A stretch of 64,000 bases of DNA from Amoeboaphelidium protococcarum X5 (GCA_023515725.1 JALDTO010000206.1:578189-642188), one strand, 5' to 3'. Positions 1 through 18,682 are shown, numbered from the stretch's first letter. The notes: generated from the sequence alone by a model not told the origin. Numbers and translations: made by a program.

Positions 1-1139
1 ACACCAAAATGATGGTTCTTTTATTTAATGAGTATTAGTAATGCTAAATAGTTATATCCACTGCTAATTTACATGGCACTGATTACGGGTAAGATTTCCT
101 TTGTCGATTGAATATTAACCGTTACGCATTGAGATCTCTGGGAAGTATGCAGTAGTGTAGATTGAAAACTTAGGCATTGTGGAGATCTCCTATGCTTCAA
201 CTTAAGGCTAAATCTGGGGCATAACACGGTGATTAGTCAAGTAGATTTGAGCGCGATTTCTTGGACTATTTGGCAGCGTATGGGTAAATGACTTCTCGTC
301 TGAGACAGCTAGTAGCTACGTATGATATGGTCCCTTGCGATGTCGTTCATCTTATCGCCTCGGTGCCAGGTCGACACACTGGACAGAGTTTACACAAGTA
401 CGGTCATATGAAGTTGCGGGCCGTATTGAAAGCTCATTATGATTCTACGAAAGGTGCGACCTGTGCCAGCAAAGACTTTGTCATTTGCTAAATGTCCTCT
501 ATCGGAAGTCTTGGTGCATCTGCTGACAGCTGGCTCACTGGTGAGTTCCTGACAAGTTTATCCTCTAGTCAAAGTAAATAGAAACCAACACTTACGTCTG
601 CTCTAAGTAAATAAAATTTGCAGTGTGATATGAAATTGGTGTTTCCCACTGTAGATAATGTCAGAAATAGTCTGGAGGGATACGATGCTGGAGGTTCTAT
701 TCCATTCGATGAAAAGAACTGGATCAAGTAGAGAGGATACATGTAGCCATTGTTGCACTCTTGGTAAGCGTCTATGAGTGGCCGTACTAGGTGTATGCCA
801 CATATAAAGACATTTACGCGTATACGCGAAACAGATGGTGAAGTGGGAGATGGCGATTAGATATAAAAGTATCGACCGTAGTGGTTCTTATTAACTTCGG
901 CAAATCTGAGTAAAGCCGCATGGGGATAACTTGAGAAGAATGGCGTTTAGTTGATGATACGAAGCTATGAATTGGGTGTTCTTATCGTGGCTGATTCAGC
1001 ACAAGGTTTATAGCTGGAGACCTTGGTTCTGCCGTACGACTTGCCTTTGACCAAGTACAAGCCTGGCGATAGAGTTTGGACGTGGAATGGCTCACATCCA
1101 GATCCAGACATTTTCGGAAGAAGGATTAATCATGGTTGA
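1..1139 (+). CDS. TDP1: Tyrosyl-DNA phosphodiesterase 1 (5'-partial; intron 89-160)
   Basis: With TAR=Gln: first HxK motif (H)TKMMVL...STANL, SVPGRH, second motif MPHIKTF, and [37 protein letters not shown] at 1137-1139. 72-nt GT...TGTAG intron inferred from homology. Confidence 0.95.
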
Positions 1140-1201
1140 TGCTTATTAATAAATCGCTATTTTATTTAACACTTGGCTATAGATTCATCTTTATGATCCA
1201 C

Positions 1202-3328
1202 TCATTGCAATTCTTTAATGTTCTTGTACAGCACTAGACTCTCAGGATTAGCTAGAGTGGCTGAAGGTGTAACAGACTATCCATTCAATATTTTCTTCAC
1301 GGCCACCTCCACCTTCTTTCCATTCACAGTATATGGAATGTCGTCTATTGGCAGGATGAAGGCTGGAACGTGACGAGGACTTAATTGAGTTCTAATTTGT
1401 GCCTTGATCCGGTTACGCAAGTCATCTGTCAGTTATTGGCCTGGATTTAATTTCAAGAATAGTACCACCCGCTCATCCGTATCACCATGTCTTCTCTAAC
1501 CAATAGCCAGCGAGTCGGCAACTTCTACTTTGAATTGCTTCTCCACCACATTATACAGCTCAGCACTACCAAATCTAACACCAGCAGGTTTCAGAATGCC
1601 ATCAGAGCGGCCCAACATTATGACACCCTTCGTCACCGGGTTGATCCATACATAGTCTCCGTGGTACCAGACATTTTAATACTGACTGAAATACGCATCT
1701 CCGTACTTGGAATTCTGGGCATCATCTCCCCAAAATTTCACAGGCATGCAAGGAAACGGTTTAGTACACACAAGATCTCCAGAAAGTCCTTGCACACTGG
1801 ATACACTCCCATTAATAGGTAAACGGATGATTTGAGTATCGCTTGATTAATCGTTCTACTCATCATTACTATTATTATCAGTCCAAGACTCAACAGCCAT
1901 TCCAAGACATCGACATTAAATCTCTCCTCTGTACACTGGCAAAATACAACAGTTACCGGCAAAGAGACTTACAATATCAGTGCCTCCAGTAATACTGGCA
2001 ATCTATATATTCGGCTTAATCTATTCTAGTATGAAATCGTAGTTATGCGGTAGAAGAGGAGATCCAGTAGAAAATATAGTCTTCAAGTGCTACATCGGGT
2101 ACTTTTCCAGAGGATGCACCTTCATATCTTGACAGCTTTATATGAACTTGGCAGATGTACCGAACCGTGAAACTTTATAATTTTCACACAATTAAAACAG
2201 AGCATATCCATCCGGAATAAACGGAGAACCATCATACAAAACAATTGTACATCCCACCAGAAGACCGCTGACTAGCCAGTTCCACATCATCCAACCAGTG
2301 GTGGTAAACTAGAAAAATACATCATCCCTTCTCATATCAGAATGTAAAACATGCTCTTTTAAATGTTACAACAAAGGACCACCATGTCCATGTGTTATAC
2401 ACTTGGGCTATCCAGTTGTCCCAGATGAATATAAAATATACAGCGGATGTCCAAATGGAACTCGGGCATAACTAAACGACTCCATATTTTATGAGGCAGG
2501 TGTGTTCAGTATACTTTTCCATTCCACAATCTTCACATGAGAAGATAGCTATTACTATAACTATACAGTTTACGGTGGTTAAGCCGCGACAAAATCAATC
2601 AACACTAAACACTTGAGTGATGATTAGAGTCCAGCACATATTTCACCCAACTTCTTCATATTGTCATGAGTTTTATTATTGTACACCACGGCATTCACAG
2701 AGAATATGACTTTAGGCTAAATCTGTATAAATCTATCCAACACGGCAGTAACTCCAAAATCACAAGAAGCTGCACTCCATATGGCACCGATTGAAGCACA
2801 AGCCAGAAAAGCAATAACGGCCTCGACACAATTAGGAACATATCCAACAACTGTATCTCCAACATGGATCTGCAAATCATCCCGTAGATACGTAGCTAGT
2901 CGGAATACACTCTGACGCAACTCTGCATAGCTCATCTACTTTTCCCATTTCATAGACTCTCCGGTGGCGATAACAGCAATACGATCCTAATCAGTCCATC
3001 TCAACGCATTCTCAGCGTAATTCAACTGAACACCACCAAACCAAGACGGCAGATCTGCAATACGATCATGTTCCAGCACAAATTCAATCTCACCGGAGTG
3101 AATGATATCAAAATGCTCCCAGACAGCCATCCAAAATTACTCTACATTCTACAATGACCACTAGTACAAACCTTCATAACTCTTAAGATTAACCTTGAAC
3201 TATAAAGACACCTTATCCATAAACTGGGTGATGGAAGCTTTCTAAACATCCTGATCAGAAGGTGTATGGACAGCTTTAGGATTGAAATTCAGGTGCTCTG
3301 ACTCTTCTTCCATATTAACAACCGGCAT
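1202..3328 (-). CDS. AACS: Acetoacetyl-CoA synthetase (AMP-binding family), 708 aa
   Basis: Single frame under table 6: YIFYSSGTTG-type AMP-binding motif, [64 protein letters not shown]-terminal LANPESL. Confidence 0.93.
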
Positions 3329-3576
3329 TGATTCAAACCCAATTCCTCTTAATCGATTACAAAGGTGACAATATACTGCAGTATGATAATGGTAGAATAA
3401 AGTTGCCTTGTACAATACTACCAACCTGTAAGAGAGATGGGAAAACAAAATGAAGAGAAATCGTGTGGCGTTTCAACTTGGCGATCTCTGAACTTTTATC
3501 GCGTCAACAGCAGCGGTCGCTATTATATTGTGCGCCATTATCTTTCATCGTTCTGAAATTGATAAGTTGTCGTAAA

Positions 3577-5121
3577 ATGTCACTTATACTTCCTCGTTAT
3601 GATGAGAAATTGGGAAACAGATAGGGATTGAATGGATGGGGTAAGAGCGATGATTATGATGATAATGATGATGGTAAGAGATCCTCTGTTGCAACTTAAA
3701 CTGATTTTGATGGTTCGCAACGCATCTCTCATGATCAATCTCGATAGTAGTAAAGCTGGTCTTAATGGTTGTCTCAGAAATTTGACTTTATAAGCGAGAG
3801 ACTCTACGGTACTAAAAGTCTCATCACCGATTAAGAACCTGTACGCGAGAGTCCCGCACCAGGTACAGTGTACAAGTAGAGGAATAAAATAAGAAACCTG
3901 GTAATTATCGGTATTCATGGCTGGTTTCCGTAGACTAGAATTGTGCAGACAATATTTGGCGAACTTTTGGGAACATCAGAGAAACTCTGCTCGGGAATGA
4001 TGAATAGTTTACACGGTATGGATTTAGCGAAAGATGCGAACATTACTGAAATAGCTCTATCCACCCATGGTCTATCGGTGAGGGAGAGGGTGTCCATGTC
4101 TTTGGAATAGATTCTCAATGATCATTCTTACGTCGCCGCACTGGGTAAAGCTGATAAAATTATCATCGCAGGTCATAGCCAAGGCGCCGTAGTGTCTATA
4201 CTATTATTATATGAACTTGCCAGGAGGCTTATAATTGATTTGCGTTTGAGTGATTGCGTCCTGGTTAGTCTGGCGGGAATTCTACACGGACCATATACGA
4301 CATTGCGCGGTAATCTCGTCGTGAAATACGTTGAAACGGAAGCCGCGCGTGAATTGTTTCAATTTTGTGAAACGTCGCTGGTCACTCGTAAATCTATAGA
4401 ATAATGTAACCGTAGTGAGGAACCAGTCGAGGATATTCATTTATAGTACGTGTCTGCACTTTGCTGGCTGCTTGAAAGTGGGCTCTAGTTGATTTGTATT
4501 GCTAGCTGGCTCGATGAAGTTGTGCCGCATCATTCATCGCTTCTATGGTCTTTTGATCATCCGAATATCTAACGATACATGTATATGTCTGAGTAATCAT
4601 AGAAACGGATATCATTCAGCAGAGATAATTAGATTGAACCATTTCCAGTGTAGCTGGTTTAGACTTTAATCAGCCGACGGAATTTGGGCCTCGTTGATTA
4701 TAATATTCTACCAATGATTAGTATTTCATGTGCTGATTACTTTCAAGGGAACTTGTACTCTGGGAATGAGCATTCGAAAATTTATGAAGATCAAGCTGTT
4801 TACGATCATTTCATGAAAGTTGCCGTGCTCTCTCAGCCCGTTCGATCAGTTGCTGTGACACTCTATCCGTTCAAACCAGAGAAATCATCTGATAATATCA
4901 TGGATGATCGATCAATGTCCATCCCCAATCCTGGTGGTTATGCTGTGTCGTTTATGCTCAAGTATCTGTTTTAGAGGTTGAAACCATCGGCCATGTCTCG
5001 CCTCTCAAACGCATACAATGAATGGCAACCATCAAAGCAAGACAAGGCTGGAAGAGAATTAAAGTACAAACTTGTGGCATTCTCACTTGTTCAGAATGAA
5101 TCTTTAATTTCGCGTCTTTGA
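3577..5121 (+). CDS. Alpha/beta-hydrolase-fold protein, fungal YML020W-like family
   Basis: 514-aa ORF (table 6) with VIIGIHGWFP...GELLGTS, nucleophile-elbow AGHSQG and SLAGILHGP, motifs typical of the family. Confidence 0.75.
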
Positions 5122-5402
5122 ATTACTGTAAATAAAGTAATAGATAATGCTGTCATGTAAGTATTATTTTATAAAGAGTTGAATGGTCAATCTCCTCTCG
5201 ATCGAATTATAAAATGTGGCGCACTAATCGTCAAGCGCCTTGAAAAGATCCCTCAACGCCGACAGAGATCCCGCTCGCCGACTTCTTTCCTTTAAATTGT
5301 GCTCGTAAAAGTCTCTTCACTTTAATTGCAATTGCTCGTTTCGTCTTGAATTCTGGGTTAATTATTCTATAAGCATTTCAACAACAGTAATACTTGGATA
5401 AC

Positions 5403-6233
5403 ATGGTGGATAAGAATCTTAAATTAATCAACTCTTAATTGGGAACTGGCCTTCCTCTGCCTGGTGCTTTGGCTAAGGGTGCTAATCCGCAATCTAAGTT
5501 TCTAGTTACCGCTGAAAAGGGTGTGGAAAAGCATTTTACCAGCAATGAGATTAAGCATGAGCATACTGTATATTTTAAAGACTGTCACGATGTAAAGTAC
5601 ACTTTTGCATCTGATATCACTTGCACCAAGATATTCGTGGAAGGATGTAAAAACTTCAGTATCAGTCTCGCTGGCAGAATCATCACTCACACTCTAGAGG
5701 TGTGGAAATGTGAGGGTAATGTTAATGTCTTGGTCCAAGAGGGAACTAGTGTGCAGACCATGTAGTTGGATCTGTGTCCCGGTAATACCACCATTGAGTA
5801 TGAAGACTCTGAAGATTTTAATAGACTTATCTGGAGTGCGATGGGTGATTTCAAATTGACGTTCAAATCACATCCTCAGCATGTACTGGAGACATCATCG
5901 CGAAAGATGGCAGATAGGAATTCCGACATCAAGGTTGACTCTGACCAATTCATTGTGAGAATGCTCAAGAACAAGTTGAACCAGAGCGAAGAGCTGCTGA
6001 ATGAGCTCATTGTCCGCTTGGAGAACGGTTTCCCGACCACGGAGCGAGAGGCGCGTCAGTTTGAATTGAGATAGGAGGCGAATCTGCAGAAGCTGGCGAA
6101 AGACCTGTTGGGTGACAATGTGGTCATCAATTCTGCCAAGAATAAGAAGACGGCTGTGCAAGGTCGGAATGACGTTTGTAACTGCGGCTCCGGTAAAAAG
6201 TATAAGAAATGCTGCGGCACTGATGCCATCTGA
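5403..6233 (+). CDS. CAP C-terminal/cofactor-C-like beta-helix protein with C-terminal SEC-C Zn motif
   Basis: 276-aa ORF. Beta-helix repeats (TVYFKDCHD, KIFVEGCKN, TLEVWKCE, TMQLDLC), then NGFPTTERE and GRNDVCNCGSGKKYKKCCG at 6162-6218. Confidence 0.75.
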
Positions 6234-6385
6234 TTAACACGGCATTTGACATTACTACTTTTACACGTTTGATCTGATAGACGGTACAACAATAAAATCT
6301 ATTCTGATTACTTTTGAAATTTAAACTATAACACGTTAAATTGACAAATAAATGAATTAAATTCTATTCAAAACACAATGCGATA

Positions 6386-6577
6386 TCATTGAGAAGCAGC
6401 GGCGGTAGTGTACGGCAGCAGATTGAATCTCTTCTTGATCGTGTATCGGTGTCTGCTGTACTTGTCATCAGGACTAAATCTCGCTGGGTGAGCAGACTTT
6501 GTATTCAGGCCATCCTTGGTTGTCTTCTTTAACGTATAAACGCGACGCCCATTCTCTTCATAATACATTAAAAACAT
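6386..6577 (-). CDS. NOP10: H/ACA snoRNP subunit Nop10
   Basis: [15 protein letters not shown]...[26 protein letters not shown] is the Nop10 signature. Confidence 0.97.
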   Translation of the reverse strand: MFLMYYEENGRRVYTLKKTTKDGLNTKSAHPARFSPDDKYSRHRYTIKKRFNLLPYTTAAASQ

Positions 6578-6779
6578 TTTTCCTTTAAATAGCTATATCT
6601 CTTCTGTGTGGACTTGTTAAATTGGATTACAATCATTGATCGATTTTCACCGGGAAATGGTCGTAGCGACACACATTGAACAGTTTCGGTTGAAAGATCA
6701 GGAGAATGCTCTCCAGCGGCGGAACCTTTTCTCTCTTCAACCGACCGCTCGCGTCAACTAAGTTTTCACATCTCCCGCT

Positions 6780-7918
6780 ATGGATCCAATCTCAGCGGTA
6801 ATTTTAAGTGCATTAGATGCGGTTCAAATTTTATTATTATTTTAGTGTAGGCATTTAATCTCTCGTTTACTCCCTCTACCTCTGTTGCTCCTCATCCTCC
6901 ACCACCTGCAAACAAGTCTACATCTGATGAAAGGTAGAGTTCATCTGTTGCTACAAAGTTGAAGTCTTACTGTGAAGAGGAGTATTCCAATGTGAAAGAT
7001 AATAGTACTGAAGATTAGCCGCTGCCAGTGGTCAGTTCATATAATGATGTTGACGATAATTTTCCGCTGGAGGATGACTTTCCTACCATGTCAAATGTAG
7101 TGTCTGCTAAGACATCTGCCGAGTCGATTGATGATTATGAAGACGATTACGAGCTTAATGCTCACTCCTCAAGACCTCAGTCACAATAAATGTCTAGGCG
7201 TATTAGCAATAAAGGCGCGCAACGTTCAGGGTACCCTCTTATCATTTCTAATCTACCGGTTGATGTATCTGTCGAAAGAGTTAAGAGTTTACTGTCTTAA
7301 TTCGGTGTCATCTCCAAGTGTGAACTGTAGAAGAACCGTGCTGGTCGCTTCCAAGGTAGAAGTCTTGTTGTATTCGAGAATGAACAGGATGCCATGGATG
7401 CGTATCTGGCAATAACCAGGCGCAAGTATAAGACATTTGTCGATGGTATCAGTCTAGATGGTCATAAGCTGACTGCTTCTAAAAACTGGTCTGCTGAGGC
7501 TTATGATGATCGGTACGTGTAGAGTGTGAGTAATCGATATGAGCGAGAGAATTAGAAGATGGATGATATTTATTCAAGGTCTATGAGTAAGCGTGCACGT
7601 AAAAGTGATAGTCACAACGATGGCGGGCGCAGATATAAGTAAAGAGACAGAGATAATAGTCGGTATCGCCGGTATGGTGCTGCTCCTAATCAGTACTCGC
7701 ATACAGGATATGGCTATCACGATCAGTCTCGGGATCTAGCGTATTATTAAAGTGATTATGACCATCGACAACAGTACCGCTAGTCATAAGACTATCCAAG
7801 CAGGTTTGTCGATTACTCTCAGTAGCCACCTCCTCCTCCTCCTCCTCCACCGACGTCTTCTCATGAACGTCGCCGCTCTCGGTCTCCTCTTATCAATGAC
7901 AGACACGCAAGACGATGA
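6780..7918 (+). CDS. Single-RRM protein with R/D/Y/S-rich tail (intron 6798-6850)
   Basis: LIISNLPVDVSVERVKSLLSQFG...FQGRSLVVFENEQDAMDAY is an RRM. Tail ends RRRSRSP. Ends TGA TGA. Confidence 0.75.
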
Positions 7919-8168
7919 TGATCATTCAGTGTACATAATATAGCTTATGTGTGTGTGTCTGTCTGTCTGTCCCTCTTCATTGTGGCGTCCAGAATCTTTC
8001 TCTTTAACCGAAAGTGTTCCGAAATCTTTTCTCTTCCAAATCATTACAACGTTTACTCTCTTCCTCTTGTATCATTTTGTTCATTCACATATCACTGGCT
8101 GCATTAACTTTAGATTATCAATTTAATTGACGTGATTTAAATATCTAGGATTGTGTCCAAATATAAGC

Positions 8169-12716
<4,548 letters not shown>

Positions 12717-12768
12717 ATTTATAAAAGTGCATTACCTCTCCCCATCGGTTTAATAAATGTTTATTCAT

Positions 12769-13573
12769 TCAAGCAGATTTCATTATCTATTTCAAGCCTT
12801 CGTATAGTCGCAGAATGCCATCACAGACTAAGAATGCGTCTTTAAGTTTTATCATACTAGGACTCTGGTCAAGACATTTTGACCAAGCGAGAACATATTC
12901 TACTACACTGAAAAGATATATATCCGCGTCTGACGCTTGATCCCCGCATAGATATGGCTACTTCATTAATGTATCATTAAGCAGGCGTAACGCTTGTCTC
13001 ATCTACAGCTAGAGTTCTAAACCATCTGACACGTCATCACATTTCACCTGAAGATAATCTATCATCTATCGCTAGTATCGCGAGCTAAGCATTAAACGCA
13101 CAGCGAACGACTCCTTCAATGACACAGCCATCAAAGCGGCCGACTTACAATTTTCAGGTTCACAGTGAAGAGTAAAAAGCACAGATGTCACGATCCCATC
13201 TTCAATTAGTTGACAATATCCACTCGCTTTAGCTCTATCATTCTCTGACGGCAGTTTTTTGTTACCGCTGGACATGTAAAAGTCTTTCAGCCAATTTACG
13301 ATTTACAATAAACCGCAATGGTACTCAATATGCTTCGTATCAGATCGCGTCACCATAAACGGTAAAGTCTATGATGGCGACTGAGGTGATTACGCGTCTT
13401 TCACATGGAGGCATTTGACTTTGTACCATTTTAAAAGGTTCTACAATTAAAATAATTAAAATGTTCTTGTCAGAGTAGTGATAAAAGCCAAGACATACCT
13501 CTACGATCAAACAAGTGAGATCGGAATGGGATCCAACAATCTCACGTTCACCTGACGCGTTTATCAAATGCAT
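12769..13573 (-). CDS. Metaxin/Sam35-like GST-fold protein (intron 13441-13498)
   Basis: DLTCLIVE|NLLKW...SPSQTLPFM N-terminal domain and GST-C-like ALRLLNDTLMKQPYLCGDQASDADIYLFS. Confidence 0.7.
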
Positions 13574-13870
13574 TGGAGCGTGGGTAAACAAGACTACACC
13601 TCTCGGATTTGTATTGAGCCACTATTCTGTCTGGCTCTATACAGCCTTCTCATCCCATACTATCTGAGTCTGAATTACCATTTTATAATTAAGATATATA
13701 TATATTTCACTTCAATAAAAATCAGCGATTTAAAAATTGTGAAAATGACTGCGATCTATTGTTTTAAAACTATCATGGGATTGATGATCAAGACTCCAAA
13801 ACTTTTGCAGTATTCAGTAGCACTACAAAGTGTTACCGTCCAATGTATCAGCCGTAAGTCATTATTACAT

Positions 13871-15187
13871 TCATGGTCTTTGCAATACTCCAATGTCACA
13901 CATAAACTCCCAGACGCGTCCTAGACGCGTAACATCGACTCCGCGAACAAATCTCCTCGCCGCAGTCTTATTGAACACGCCATACTTTTCGCGACTGGCT
14001 TAGAACTGCAGCTTTAGCATGTAATAATGTTCCGGAGTAAGGCGATTGTCTTTGGCAAACTTTTTCTCATCATCCGTCAAGTTGAGCGGTTCCTCAAACT
14101 TGGGAATAGTCTTCACCGGAGGTACGCGGTGCTTCTTTGTGCCCTTCTTCTTGCTCTGACCAGATGATTTTCCTGCGCCATTGCCCACACTGAATGCTCC
14201 ATCAGATTGTCTGCGAGATCCAGATTAAGTTTCGCTATCGAAATCAGTAGATAAGCCGCCATCATCTTCATCATCATCACTCAAAGTGTTACCCTCCTCC
14301 ACAGAAGACTCAATACTACTGGCTTTGTCTTCAGAATAATCTACCTGCAGATCTCTTTCTCTTTGAGATGCTCTAGCAGCACGCTTGCGAGATCCATTCT
14401 AAGACTTACGACCCCCATTTTCATTCACCGACAGAGAGCCATTCACAACTGCAGAGGACGACGACGAACGTTATCGCGAAGATGAACTACGCCCTTCAAC
14501 GGCAGAAACCAGACCGCGTTTGATTCCAAGACCTGTCGCAACACGTCCAATATGAGATCCAGTCTGCTATTGCATATTCCAGAAATTCACTATTCTATCA
14601 TGACGTCTATGCATACGTTTGCGATGTATCTCCAACTTGGCACGATGATAGTTGAGCATTGTCACAACGTAACTATCGAGCTTATGGTCCAAATTTCTCA
14701 ACAGTGGACTTACCAGCATATCATGACTACTATTGGAGACTTTGAGGTCGGTATCATGCCGAGATTCGTCCGCGTAGTCCATGCCACCAGCATTTCCGCC
14801 GTTCTCATCAGCAGCAGAATTAAATTCCAACCGGAATATTCTCTCAATCAAGCGCTCCTTAAGCGAATCAGGCCTGATTATACTTCTTTACGGATGCCGT
14901 TGCTTTCTCACTCGTTGGAAACGCTAATAGCTTTACTCATTATCGGAGCTATGTACTCCTGACAAAATAGCATCCACTGCACGCTATGCACCAAGAGAGG
15001 GTTACAGCAACTAGATAGTCTACTCCAAGTCATAACTTCTGGGTGGAGTGGTCTTTGAAGTTGTACTCGTTTGGTAGTACTAGGTGGATGATTAGTGATT
15101 GTTGTTCTACTCTTTCCACTGATCGCCCTGAGACGATCCGCGATCTGTTTCAGCCAGCCAACTTTCAATCGATTGTTCAGAGTCCAT
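13871..15187 (-). CDS. SWIRM-domain protein (Ada2 C-terminal/Fun19-like)
   Basis: C-terminus LTDDEKKFAKDNRLTPEHYYMLK...FNKTAARRFVRGVDVTRLGRVWEFMCDIGVL is SWIRM-like. Start uncertain: the frame stays open upstream to ~15499. Confidence 0.7.
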
Positions 15188-15612
15188 ATTATAGTCAGTT
15201 TTTGAGATATTCACACTTTACAGTAGAATATATCTTATGGTCTGTATTAAGCAAGTTATAAGTGTTGCTTCTCTGTGTAATAGAACTAAAAATTAAATGA
15301 CCGCTTCTGTAATGGCCTAATAGTTGTCATGTAAGGCTATTTTTATGAATCGAGATTTGAAGCAACTCGTTCTCTATCTTTTCGTTGGTGTTGGCTATAT
15401 TTAAGCGTCATTCTTGTTGCTTGGTAACTACTCAAGACGCGCTAATTTAACTTTGCCTGTTCCCTCAGGATAAAAATTGATTTTATAATACAATAGTTGT
15501 CATCATTGGTACCCTCTCTTTAATTTTGTTGGATGGAACGCTTGGTCTCAGTCAGCGTGAGTAAACGCGCGACGTTTTGCAATTCCTTGGCTCTCCCTCT
15601 CCCTTTGCATGT

Positions 15613-18600
15613 ATGTCTTTGCAGTTGAATGAAAATACAATGGAAGAACGAAAGGCTTTAGATTACGTATTCTACATTCTTCTCCTCAAGTATTTCTGTC
15701 TATCAAGTGATATCTCTGATGATGGATAGAGGGTGCGCTAGTATATTCTGGATGTCGTCAGGCCGCATTTGGAGATATCAATGAAGTAGAGCAAGTTGAT
15801 TTTGTAAAGACTATCGACTGCTGATATGGACGATTTTCGGTGTATCCTTGACTTGATGGCCTCTGATGCTATCACACATGATACGCGGAATTCTATTGTA
15901 CGTTTTATTCTTGACTCCATGATGGAGTAGGCGGGGATTTAGGACATTCAGCTCGAGTAATCATCCTCCACCAAGAACGCTTTGTATGAAGTTGAGTTTT
16001 AGTTTGTGTCAATGTAAGCTTCCAGTTCGATATCTGATTTATGTGGCAGATTGAAAGATATCAATAGGATACTGAATAAGGATGGTATATCTATTTGGCA
16101 TATAAGAGTATTCTGCAATGCAGTTAAAGTGTTTTACTCCATTATAATATCTGAAGATGAGAATGTTCATTGTGGTCGATTTTAATAGTTGGTTGAATCC
16201 ATCCATTCTGACGATATATAGCGTTAATAGTAGAGTGATACGCTTCTGTTGTCCTCTCTTTTTATTAATAAAATACTGGCTTAAATGAGTGTTGGGTGCT
16301 TTAATAATGACAGGGCATCGGCATGCTTCAGATCCGTATTGTTGTCCTTTGGATTTATAGAATCTTCCGTGTCTGACACGTCTATTTAAGCTGATACATC
16401 TTTCCCTCAAGTACTCGATTAGCTCCTATAAAATACGTTAACTGCTGTCAATGTTTTGTATTCGTATGATATTTTGTAGTCTGATACATTTATTGTAATG
16501 AAGCATCTGTTTAAAAAATTATCCACAAAGTTACTGGACTTAATGCAGCGATATCAAGTGGACTATTAAAATAATGTTGAGTTACTTGGATCTCTAATGT
16601 AAAGCTACGTAGTCAGCTCATAGATTGCTTACAATTCGGATCTAAAGACATTAGTCTGCTTACCTTTGTCTAATGGTTCTATATAGGAATGCTTTACTAT
16701 TTTTACGCGCAACCAGCAATTACTGCAGGAAGATTTTCTTAAGATGTTATAAAATTCTGCAGCTTTGCAACCTATTGATTGCTGTATAAAGGTGGTTGAA
16801 TTCCTGATTGAATAGCTGTAGATGGAATCAAAGTTCTTGCCAAGATTAATGCATTCATTTCAAGCTAATCTGCTGTATGATTATGACATTAAGATTAGAG
16901 TTTAATGGTGCGAAGCTCAACTCTTGAAATATCTCGAGCAAATACCTCGCGAAGGTAAAGTACTGGATAAGCAGTCTCTTGACTTTGCTCGTAGTTTACA
17001 TGGTGTAAACTTTAAACTGTTTGAGATTCTGCAATCATTGAATCTACATAGTGATCAGTAGTTTCTGCCAATTGATTTGAACACTATAATGCGTCCATTA
17101 TTTGCATAATGGATATCTTCTTGCAACGTCGAAGTTGTTGTTTAGCGTATTATCCATTCCGATAAATGGAGTCAAGAAGACGAAATACTCAATACGAGCA
17201 GCTCTGTTCATGACACGTTCAAGTATTTAGATGCTCTGGTAAATGTGTTCTTTTAATTACCAGCTGGATCATAAGGCAATTAGTTTTAGAGTGGCTGTTC
17301 TGATATGCTCAGAGCTGGCTTTGCTGATCTGTGTCAAGTCATATACGATGCTCTCTCTGTATTCTGCAGATTGATTTTGACGAAGGACACTGATTTAGAA
17401 GATATCAGATTTTATGTCTTTCATTTAAAAAAGTCCTCAATTCCTGCTATAAATGTTTAGAAAGATAGAGATGGTACACTGGGATATTTCTGCCGTGTCA
17501 ATAATCTGTTATACGCAAAGCAACTCATAACTTCGAGTTTTATCACCTCGATTAAAGATAGATTTCAGCGTAATGTTGGAATGGTGCCGTCCTTTTGTGA
17601 AACTTACTTTGAGCCTCTTGTAGAATAAATGGATGCTGCTATCGACTAAATGTTGGTATATGTGGCCAAGAGATTGGTGTTTATAGACATGGATGAGTGT
17701 TTTATATTTGGCTTGTATATGACTGAGAATCTGCCCAAGTCTTCTCTCATATCTATAGTTCCGATTATCAATGGCATTATTTAGGAGATTCATGGTTTGG
17801 TATGTGCTGATCACAGCATAGTTCGTAAAGAGAGTTGGACTTCCTATAGACTTCTCGCACTGTATTATGGTCATCTCTATTTCGCATTCTTGTGCATAGT
17901 GTTTTTGGATTCTCATTCTGGTCGTAAATTTACATCAAAAGATTCTGGCCTTATTTTACAGGACATTAGAGCATTAAAAGAGACTTTCTGCCTTCCCAAG
18001 TCAGATGTTGATGGACTCATGCTGGAACCTGATGCAGTGTCATCCATACTATCACCTTTTATTCAGATTGCAAAGTAACTGTACACTTAGGAAACACCAG
18101 TTTTGGTGAAAAACTACGAGTCATGCACTATAAGGACCTAGGAATGGCCAATTGGTGTGAATTCATATTTCACAATTCCACCTTAAATCGTTGCGTTAGA
18201 TGGGTACAGGCAGTTGCCAGATTTCCCGTTTAATATCTCATTATTGCATAAGAACAGTGTAAGTCAAGCGGATAGACGAGATAGTACTAATCCATTCCTG
18301 ATACAAGATGATGGAATACGTGACGGTGGCGATATGATACTGTCCACTTGGTAGAAGCCGTTTATATTTTGTGCCATTGCTAAACGCGCCGGTTATGGTA
18401 ACCCATAGCATTATCAGGCTGTTGAGACGATTGCTGGTTAGTTGAAACAGTTGAACTTTAAAAAGTCTAGTACTCGATAACAATAAGATTAAACCGAGTA
18501 ATAGTCCAATTCCACTGACAAGGATGCCTTTTTATTTATGAAAAAGTACGGCATGATGAAGATGCTCTCAAAGAATGCTTTGAAAGTTGAGAAGATGTTC

Positions 18601-18630
18601 AACGCAGCAAAAGAGAAGTTGAAAAAGTGA
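15613..18630 (+). CDS. Munc13/MUN (MHD1-MHD2, DUF810-like) helical tethering protein, 1005 aa
   Basis: 3018-nt frame ATG to TGA under table 6. MHD1-like WISSCNVEVVVQRIIHSDKWSQEDEILNTSSSVHDTFKYL and RVNNLLY. MHD2-like GLILQDIRALKETF. Confidence 0.65.
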
Positions 18631-18682
18631 TATACTGCTATAGAATTTGATTATTCCGTCTTTGAGTCTTGTCATGTTCAGT

